NCBI GenBank assembly: GCA_051117555.1
Contig: JBNPEG010000224.1
Coordinates: forward strand, 1 to 35,063
Direction of reading: 5' to 3'
DNA from: Elainellaceae cyanobacterium
GTDB taxonomy: Bacteria; Cyanobacteriota; Cyanobacteriia; CAZCXK01
Length of the DNA stretch: 35,063 nt
The notes beneath the pieces are model-generated. The model saw only the letters and a program-made list of their open reading frames with translations. It was not told where the DNA came from and made no database searches. The translations under genes were made by a program, and so were the position numbers. Positions 29,161 through 35,063 of this stretch are shown one piece after another (position 1 is the stretch's first letter; each line of letters opens with the position of its first letter).

Positions 29161-29547
29161 CTATCGTTCGTAGAGTTCGAGGGGGAGCTGATCTGGATCT
29201 CTAAAAAATGTGAACCGCTTTCCGGTCAATTCATCCGTGCGAATGGGTTCAACCTCAACTCCCTTAGCCTGCAAGGTCGCAACCATCTGGTCTAAATTAT
29301 CAACCGCCAATGCCAGATGCCTCAGTCCGCACGCTTCAGGTCGGCTTACTCGGGTCGGCGGATCACGAAACGAAAATAGCTCGATTTGATCGTGCTCTCC
29401 GACTCGAAGGTCTAGCTTGTAGGACTTTCGTGCTGCACGATAAGTTTCCTGAATAATCGGAAATCCTAAAACTTCAGTATAGAAACGTTTAGAGGCATCA
29501 TAGTTTGAGCAAATAATAGCAACATGGTGAATCTGTCGAATCGCCAT
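29161..29547 (-). CDS. VOC/glyoxalase I-like metalloprotein (YaeR-type)
   Basis: IHHVAIICSNY, SYKLDL, IELFSF, PEACGLRHLA, FFRDPDQLPLELYE. Confidence 0.93.
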   Translation of the reverse strand: MAIRQIHHVAIICSNYDASKRFYTEVLGFPIIQETYRAARKSYKLDLRVGEHDQIELFSFRDPPTRVSRPEACGLRHLALAVDNLDQMVATLQAKGVEVEPIRTDELTGKRFTFFRDPDQLPLELYER

Positions 29548-29553
29548 CTAACC

Positions 29554-29853
29554 TCAACTCCAATCGTCTCGCTTTGCCCCGATGCCTCGATAGACCTGAC
29601 CCTGCTGATGAATTTGGCGCGTTTTTTCGATCAGCATCTCTTCGGTCATCCCCCATCGCTTCAACGCTTGGTCTAGATCCATCTGAATATCTCTTGCACC
29701 TGGAAAGCCCTGATAGCGCATGCGGAGGCGAGCAAGCTCTGCCAGGTTATAGTCGGTCGGTTCTGCTGATAACAGCGATGAAACAATCTGGCGATCGCTC
29801 CTGTACTGCGGATGTTGCTGATCTTTCTCACTAGAGTTCGGGGGATCTGTCAT
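29554..29853 (-). CDS. DUF3288-like cyanobacterial protein
   Basis: KDQQHPQY..DR, NLAELARLRMRYQGFPGARDIQ, C-terminal DWS. Confidence 0.85.
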   Translation of the reverse strand: MTDPPNSSEKDQQHPQYRSDRQIVSSLLSAEPTDYNLAELARLRMRYQGFPGARDIQMDLDQALKRWGMTEEMLIEKTRQIHQQGQVYRGIGAKRDDWS

Positions 29854-29915
29854 CGTCGATGAACCTCACCATGAATCAACGCCATTATTACAGCGTTAGG
29901 CTGTCGCGGAAACGA

Positions 29916-30440
29916 TTAGCCAATAGACTTCACCATCCAAATCGACTGAGTTTGATAACCCAGCTTTGAATAAAGGTCTAAAGCAGGCTGATTGGTTTGA
30001 AAAACCTGTAATCCAATCTGGCGATCGCCTCGTTTTCTTGCCCACGCTTCAGCATGACGCATGAGTGCCGAACCGATTCCTCGGCGGCGATGGTGAGGCA
30101 TCACATACAGCAAGAAGATATGGGCATGGCGATCGCCGGTCGACTGGTCAACTGCATTGCCAGTCCATAAACAGGCGATGGGTGAATCGAAAGAGTCTCT
30201 TCCTCTCGACATACCAATGCCATCAGAGAACTCAGAGCAAATCGATGCATCTTCGATACACGCTACCCACCAGAGAGGTGTCTCGCTAGAGAGATACCCA
30301 TCAACCGTTTGAGCCAGGTGAGAAAATTCAAAATCTGGATGGAGTTCTTGATAAGTGCGCTGCATAAATTTGACTAGCAATGCTCGATCCAGCCCCGACC
30401 CTCGTCGCCAAACATAGCCTGGAAGTAGCAACTCAGCCAT
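29916..30440 (-). CDS. GNAT family N-acetyltransferase
   Basis: LLYVMPHHRRRGIGSALM acetyl-CoA motif, N.PALDLYSKLGY. The real start is probably MAELLLPGY at 30440; the track's longer extension overlaps the upstream gene. Confidence 0.9.
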   Translation of the reverse strand: MAELLLPGYVWRRGSGLDRALLVKFMQRTYQELHPDFEFSHLAQTVDGYLSSETPLWWVACIEDASICSEFSDGIGMSRGRDSFDSPIACLWTGNAVDQSTGDRHAHIFLLYVMPHHRRRGIGSALMRHAEAWARKRGDRQIGLQVFQTNQPALDLYSKLGYQTQSIWMVKSIG

Positions 30441-30684
30441 TAATGGAGGTAGAGTATGCCAAATCGTCTGGGAGCCCTTGCACAAATACCCGCAGCGATG
30501 GGGGCAGGTCGTTATTCGAATCAACCAGAGGCACCTGCACGCTAACCTGCTGATCTGAATCTTCGACTGGCGCAGGGGCTGCCATATCAGACGGCAAAAA
30601 GATACGCGCACTAACGGCTAGCATGGCGATCAAAAACACTAAAACAATCAACGCGGGAGCAACGTACTGACGGAGGAGGGACAT
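30433..30684 (-). CDS. Small conserved membrane protein (~83 aa)
   Basis: LRQYVAPALIVLVFLIAMLAVSARIFLPSDMAAPAP; 8-nt overlap with the GNAT start. Confidence 0.75.
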   Translation of the reverse strand: MSLLRQYVAPALIVLVFLIAMLAVSARIFLPSDMAAPAPVEDSDQQVSVQVPLVDSNNDLPPSLRVFVQGLPDDLAYSTSING

Positions 30685-30761
30685 ATGATTTGATGGGAAT
30701 TTGGAAAAATTCAAGAATTGTTACGTCTTCTCTTTCGATTCTACATCCGGCGGGGGTGTCA

Positions 30762-32027
30762 TTACTCAGGATCAGACGAGGATTCTGCCGCGGGCGGCGC
30801 ATTCCAAGGGGCAAATATTGGCAGCAATAGCAAACCCGGCAAGGATGCCACCAGCGTAATTAGAAAAAACAGTGTCCACCCCGTCGATTCTGCAATCTTA
30901 CCGGCTGGCGCTACCAAGATATCTCGACTGACTGCCATCAAACTCGAAAGCAGCGCAAACTGAGTGGCTGAAAATCGCTGATTACACAAGCTCATCAAAA
31001 ATGCAACAAACGCCGCCGTCCCCAGTCCTGCACAAAAATTCTCGATGTTGATAGCGACGACCATGAAGGGGTAGTTTTGACCCATCTGAGCCAGAATGAG
31101 GTATACCAGGTTACTAATCGCTTGAAAACCGCCAAACACCCAGAGCGATCGATTGATCCCCAGTTGGCTTAAAAACGCCCCTCCTGCCAAAACTCCGACA
31201 ATGGTGGCGAGTAACCCCATACCACCCTGAATCGCTCCCACATCTGTCTGGCTAAATCCCACTTGGAGCAGAAACGGGGTTGCCATATTGTTAATCAGGG
31301 AGTCGCCGAGCTTGTAGAGGATAATGAAACCCAAAATCGAAAGCGCCCGCGTGATCCCCGATCGCTCAAAAAACTCTAAAAACGGCAGCTTTACTGCTTC
31401 GGCTAGCGTAGCCGGGGGGCGATCGCGCATCACAGGTTCGGGAGCCCATACCGAGTAGACCACGCTGAGCAGCATCAGCCCAGCCATCAGCAGGTATACG
31501 ATCGGCCACGGCATCTGATCCGCCAATATCAGCGCCAGTGACCCCGTGACGAGAAGCGCAATACGATACCCTAACACGGCAACCGCAGCGCCAGCGCCCA
31601 TTTCCAGCTTGTCTAAAACGTCAGTTCTATAGGCATCAAAGGCAATGTCTTGGCTGGCGCTAAAGAAGGCAATAAGGATTGCGTTAAACGCTAAGAGTTG
31701 GAGGGATTGGGTCGGGCGCTGGAGCGACATCGCGGCGATCGCCCCTGTCAACGCAATTTGGGTGATGATGAGCCAGCCCCGACGACGACCGAGAAATGGG
31801 GGAATAAATCGATCTAGCAGCGGCGACCAGAGAAATTTTAGCGAATAGGGAAGACCCACTAGGCTAAATAACCCAATCGCCCCTAGATCGATCCCCTCGA
31901 CGGTCATCCAGGCTTGCAGCGTTCGGCTGGTGAGAAATAGCGGCAATCCGGATGCAAACCCTAGCAGCAGCAGCGCTGCCATTTTGCGGCTTTCAAAGAC
32001 TTGCAGGAGTGACTGAATAGATTTCAC
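30762..32027 (-). CDS. ampG: AmpG-family muropeptide MFS transporter
   Basis: LLLGFASGLP, PYSLKFLWSPLLDRF, LGRRRGW, FSASQDIAFDAYR, YKLGD, SATQFALLSS; start estimated at GTG 32027. Confidence 0.93.
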   Translation of the reverse strand: MKSIQSLLQVFESRKMAALLLLGFASGLPLFLTSRTLQAWMTVEGIDLGAIGLFSLVGLPYSLKFLWSPLLDRFIPPFLGRRRGWLIITQIALTGAIAAMSLQRPTQSLQLLAFNAILIAFFSASQDIAFDAYRTDVLDKLEMGAGAAVAVLGYRIALLVTGSLALILADQMPWPIVYLLMAGLMLLSVVYSVWAPEPVMRDRPPATLAEAVKLPFLEFFERSGITRALSILGFIILYKLGDSLINNMATPFLLQVGFSQTDVGAIQGGMGLLATIVGVLAGGAFLSQLGINRSLWVFGGFQAISNLVYLILAQMGQNYPFMVVAINIENFCAGLGTAAFVAFLMSLCNQRFSATQFALLSSLMAVSRDILVAPAGKIAESTGWTLFFLITLVASLPGLLLLPIFAPWNAPPAAESSSDPE

Positions 32028-32110
32028 GACAAATTCAACGATCCTCGTTGGCTGCACGCATCTTGCATTTCGTCATCTTGCCATAGAGGGTTGAGAGTTG
32101 GGTAATACCA

Positions 32111-32141
32111 ATTCTGGATTTTGGATTTTCGATTTTGGATT
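32111..32141. repeat. Heptamer tandem repeat (STRR-type), ATTTTGG x4, degenerate
   Basis: ATTCTGG ATTTTGG ATTTTCG ATTTTGG ATT. Confidence 0.85.
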
Positions 32142-32260
32142 GACAGATATCGATGTTGAGAGGATTCCAGCCTTTGCATCTGTAGCATTCATTTAGAGAA
32201 ATGGTGTAAATCTGTTGATTTGCAATGCGACAGTGGGAGAGTAAATCGGGGTGTTGATTT

Positions 32261-33787
32261 CTATTGCATCCGGTCAATTGTGCGATATTGAATGGCTTCT
32301 GCAACGTGATGAGGATTCAATCCATCATCGCCAGCAAGATCGGCAATGGTGCGCGAGACTTTGAGAATGCGATCGGTGGCTCGTGCCGAAAGTCCCAATT
32401 TACGAATGGCAGCTTCTAGCAGATGTTGGCTGGCATCATCGAGCAGGCACCATTGGCGGAGGTGCCTGCTTTGCATTTCCGCATTGCACTGCAGCGATTC
32501 GTTTTGAAAGCGTTTTTGAATGCGATCGCGCGCTATTTGAACCCGTTCTCGCACCGACGCTGACTCTTCACCGATATGCTGGCGCGTGATTTCTTCTGGT
32601 TTTAGCCGATTGACGGCAACCTGGAGATCAATGCGATCCATCAAAGGACCTGAAAGCTTTGCCCAGTATTGCTCTCGTTGCCGGGGTTTGCAGGTGCACG
32701 CCTGAATCGTATCGCCAAAATATCCACACGGGCAGGGATTCGTACTCGCCACCAATGTAAATTGGGCAGGGAATGACACCGATTGGCGAGTGCGGGAAAT
32801 CGTCACGTGCCCATCTTCGAGTGGTTGACGAAGGAATTCGAGCACATCCCGCTTAAATTCAGTCAGTTCATCCAGAAATAACACGCCGCGATGCGCTAAA
32901 GAAATTTCACCCGGCTTTGGAAAGCTGCCTCCTCCCACGAGAGAGGGACCTGATGCGGAGTGATGGGGACTGCGAAAGGGGCGATCGCTGATTAGCGATC
33001 CTCGATCTCTCAGCCGCCCTGCCACCGAGTGAATCTGCGTGACTTCCAGCGCTTCCGAAAAACTCAAGGGTGGCAAAATACTGGGCAACCGTCGCGCCAA
33101 CATTGTCTTGCCGCTGCCAGGGGGGCCGACAAAGATTAAATTGTGACCACCCGCCGCCGCAATTTCTAAGGCTCGACGAGCATGCGCTTGTCCTTTGACA
33201 TCTTTTAGATCAAGCCCCTTGAATTGCGATCGCCCCAGTTCTTTAAGTCCGTCGATCCGAGTTGGCTGATAACGAGTCGGTTCGTTTAGAAAGTCAGCCA
33301 CTTCTGAAACATGCTTGAATCCATATACGCTGATCCCTTCAACAACTGCCGCTTCTTGCGCATTGTCGATGGGAACCACCAATCCGTGAATTCCCAGTTT
33401 TTGGGCGGTAGCGGCGATCGCCAGCACCCCCGTAACCGGTCTGAGAGCACCGTCAAGCGAAACCTCACCCAGAAACAGATAGTCTTCTAAAAGCTGTGGA
33501 TTAACCTGTTCAGATGCGGCTAAGATGCCAACGCTGATGGGCAGGTCGAAACTGGGACCTTCTTTACGCAGGTCTGCCGGACTGAGATTAATCACGATCT
33601 TACGTAGCGGAAAAGCATACCCCGCATTCTTCAGCGCAGTTTTGACCCGTTCCCGTGATTCTTGAACCGCCGTATCGGGCAGCCCGACCACCACAATTCC
33701 TGGTAGCCCCCCCGCAATATCGACTTCGACCCCAACTTTAATGGCGTCAATGCCAATCAGGGATGCACTCCACGTCCTTGCCAACAT
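32261..33787 (-). CDS. comM: ComM/YifB Mg-chelatase-like AAA+ ATPase (competence helicase)
   Basis: VGLPDTAVQESRERV, NLSPADLRKEG, GPPGSGKTMLA, RSPHH, PGEISLAHRGVLFLDE, NPCPCG, SGPLMDRID. Confidence 0.95.
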   Translation of the reverse strand: MLARTWSASLIGIDAIKVGVEVDIAGGLPGIVVVGLPDTAVQESRERVKTALKNAGYAFPLRKIVINLSPADLRKEGPSFDLPISVGILAASEQVNPQLLEDYLFLGEVSLDGALRPVTGVLAIAATAQKLGIHGLVVPIDNAQEAAVVEGISVYGFKHVSEVADFLNEPTRYQPTRIDGLKELGRSQFKGLDLKDVKGQAHARRALEIAAAGGHNLIFVGPPGSGKTMLARRLPSILPPLSFSEALEVTQIHSVAGRLRDRGSLISDRPFRSPHHSASGPSLVGGGSFPKPGEISLAHRGVLFLDELTEFKRDVLEFLRQPLEDGHVTISRTRQSVSFPAQFTLVASTNPCPCGYFGDTIQACTCKPRQREQYWAKLSGPLMDRIDLQVAVNRLKPEEITRQHIGEESASVRERVQIARDRIQKRFQNESLQCNAEMQSRHLRQWCLLDDASQHLLEAAIRKLGLSARATDRILKVSRTIADLAGDDGLNPHHVAEAIQYRTIDRMQ

Positions 33788-33928
33788 GTGATTTTGCTCT
33801 GAGTCACTATTGGCTAGAGTGCCCGCAATTGCATCCCAGCGATCGCACTAATTTACTAAGTCTTGCTCACCATTTTCGAGACTATTGGCCGATGACTGGA
33901 AGATGACGAAAGGGGCGATCGCGCTTTC

Positions 33929-34252
33929 CTAGTTTTTTTGTACGTCCTCGACCGCTTTTTTCCAGTAATAGTCAGCCTTTCCGTCGGGTTTTCCGTCTGC
34001 TTCCCAAAGGTAATAGGCTTGTAGGCGAATCGCCTCTTCTGAGGCACCATTGCTGGATGGTGGGCTGAATGGTGGGCTGGATGGTGGGCTGGATGGTGGG
34101 CTGGCTACCGTTTCAGTGCTGCGCGGCTGACTCGGTTGAGGGGGTCGAGTGGCTTGCGTTGTCGTGGGTCGACTTTCGGTTGGCGTTTGAGTAGCTGCGC
34201 CATTTTCTTTGTCCTCGGACTGTTTGAAGAGATTTGTTAGCCAACTGAACAT
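33929..34252 (-). CDS. DUF2934-domain protein with Pro/Ser/Thr-rich linker
   Basis: C-terminal EEAIRLQAYYLWEADGKPDGKADYYWKKA; GGAG RBS upstream of MFSWLTNLF. Confidence 0.82.
   Translation of the reverse strand: MFSWLTNLFKQSEDKENGAATQTPTESRPTTTQATRPPQPSQPRSTETVASPPSSPPSSPPFSPPSSNGASEEAIRLQAYYLWEADGKPDGKADYYWKKAVEDVQKN
34052..34104. repeat. In-frame tandem repeat, 4 x 12 bp GCTGGATGGTGG, encoding SPPS/SPPF
   Basis: Units at 34052, 34064, 34076 and 34088. Confidence 0.92.
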
Positions 34253-34446
34253 GATGATCAACTCCGACACTATATTCCGACACTATATAACGTTCGTGAT
34301 TTTACTTCGATTAATCGCTCATACCGAGCTAACCCTACCACTGGCTATAGTGATGGCGAAATGTACGAGACTACAAGAATGAGTTTTTTCCAATCTTGAA
34401 TCGTCACCCCTTAGAATTTCAGCAAGTTGAATTTTGTGTCACCGCG

Positions 34447-34797
34447 ATGAATGAAGCCTCAGAGACTATTTTTAGCAAGATCATTCGACGGGAAATCCCA
34501 GCCGATATCGTATATGAGGATGATCTGTGCTTAGCGTTTAACGACATTAATCCTCAAGCACCCACTCACATTCTCGTGATTCCCAAGCAGGCGATCGCCA
34601 AGCTTTCAGATGCCGAATCTCAAGACCACGCACTCATGGGGCATTTGTTACTAACTGCAAAGCGAGTTGCTGACCAAGCAGGATTAGAAAATGGATATCG
34701 AGTTGTGATTAACACTGGGCAAGATGGCGGTCAAACCGTATATCATCTGCATTTACACATCCTTGGAGGGCGGCAGATGACTTGGCCTCCCGGCTAA
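34447..34797 (+). CDS. Histidine triad (HIT/HinT-like) nucleotide-binding protein
   Basis: [51 protein letters not shown]. Confidence 0.96.
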   Translation: MNEASETIFSKIIRREIPADIVYEDDLCLAFNDINPQAPTHILVIPKQAIAKLSDAESQDHALMGHLLLTAKRVADQAGLENGYRVVINTGQDGGQTVYHLHLHILGGRQMTWPPG

Positions 34798-34834
34798 TTC
34801 AGCATTAAACAACCCAAAATTCTATTAAGGACGC

Positions 34835-34863
34835 TTTACAAAACTCAGCAAATCCCTTAAGTT
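34835..34863 (+). promoter_or_regulatory. Probable psbA promoter (-35 TTTACA, 17 nt, -10 TAAGTT)
   Basis: CTTTACAAAACTCAGCAAATCCCTTAAGTTAAG resembles the cyanobacterial psbA promoter layout; 75 nt upstream of the ATG. Confidence 0.65.
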
Positions 34864-34937
34864 AAGTAACAAGGTTGATTAAACGACCTGCATACATAAC
34901 TTTTCAACTTTTTGTAGAATTCGGACTCATTGTAATT

Positions 34938-35063
34938 ATGACTACTACCCTACAGCAGCGCCAAGGCGCTAGCATCTGGGAACAGTTTTGCAACTGGGTA
35001 ACCAGCACCGAGAATCGCCTGTACGTAGGCTGGTTCGGCGTGTTGATGATCCCCACCCTGCTA
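34938..35063 (+). CDS. psbA: Photosystem II D1 protein, 5' fragment cut by the window edge
   Basis: Hand translation: [42 protein letters not shown]. Confidence 0.98.
   Translation, partial: MTTTLQQRQGASIWEQFCNWVTSTENRLYVGWFGVLMIPTLL

Larger units (their letters stand above)
51..34598. repeat. Dispersed HIP1 octamer GCGATCGC, often GGCGATCGCC
   Basis: About 50 copies counted by eye, e.g. near 51, 225, 401, 5704, 7145, 15721, 22512, 30022, 34591. Confidence 0.95.

Noticed and set aside
30441..30611. Long Cys-rich N-terminal extension of the GNAT
   Set aside because: It is an alternative frame of the upstream small membrane-protein gene
34820..35063. HLR1 (RpaB) direct repeat at psbA and assignment of the D1 isoform
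   Set aside because: Only one TTTACAAA half-site is clear, and the diagnostic D1 residues lie beyond the window edge
1..35063. Defence island, prophage, autonomous IS or biosynthetic cluster
   Set aside because: No integrase, transposase, phage, defence or PKS/NRPS motifs in any ORF, and HIP1 sites occur throughout, consistent with native chromosome

Overview
Cyanobacterial chromosomal segment, most likely a filamentous Leptolyngbya/Oculatellaceae-like strain. This is inferred from roughly 50 HIP1 GCGATCGC sites counted by eye, psbA, and cyanobacterial-type sigA, ftsZ and ilvC. Most of the window is housekeeping: uvrB, ilvC, rbgA, sigA, ftsQ-ftsZ, pgk, ampG, comM, a HIT protein and the 5' end of psbA. 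These are interspersed with a GH116 glucosidase, a 1240-aa DUF4347/Ig-like/RTX type I-secreted surface protein, a sugar ABC ATPase, a membrane-anchored S8 protease, an amidase and several small conserved proteins. Two genes truncated by the window edges are absent from the ORF track (1..1117 minus strand; psbA 34938..35063). I found no transposase, prophage, CRISPR array or defence island, and no multi-gene system I can confidently call new. The best signals are mostly non-coding: a PsrR1-like sRNA candidate upstream of ilvC, a CRP-type site in exact class II geometry upstream of the RTX gene, two MITE-like shells each carrying a REP-like palindrome, and many short tandem duplications. The RTX beta-roll also shows a higher-order 72-aa periodicity.
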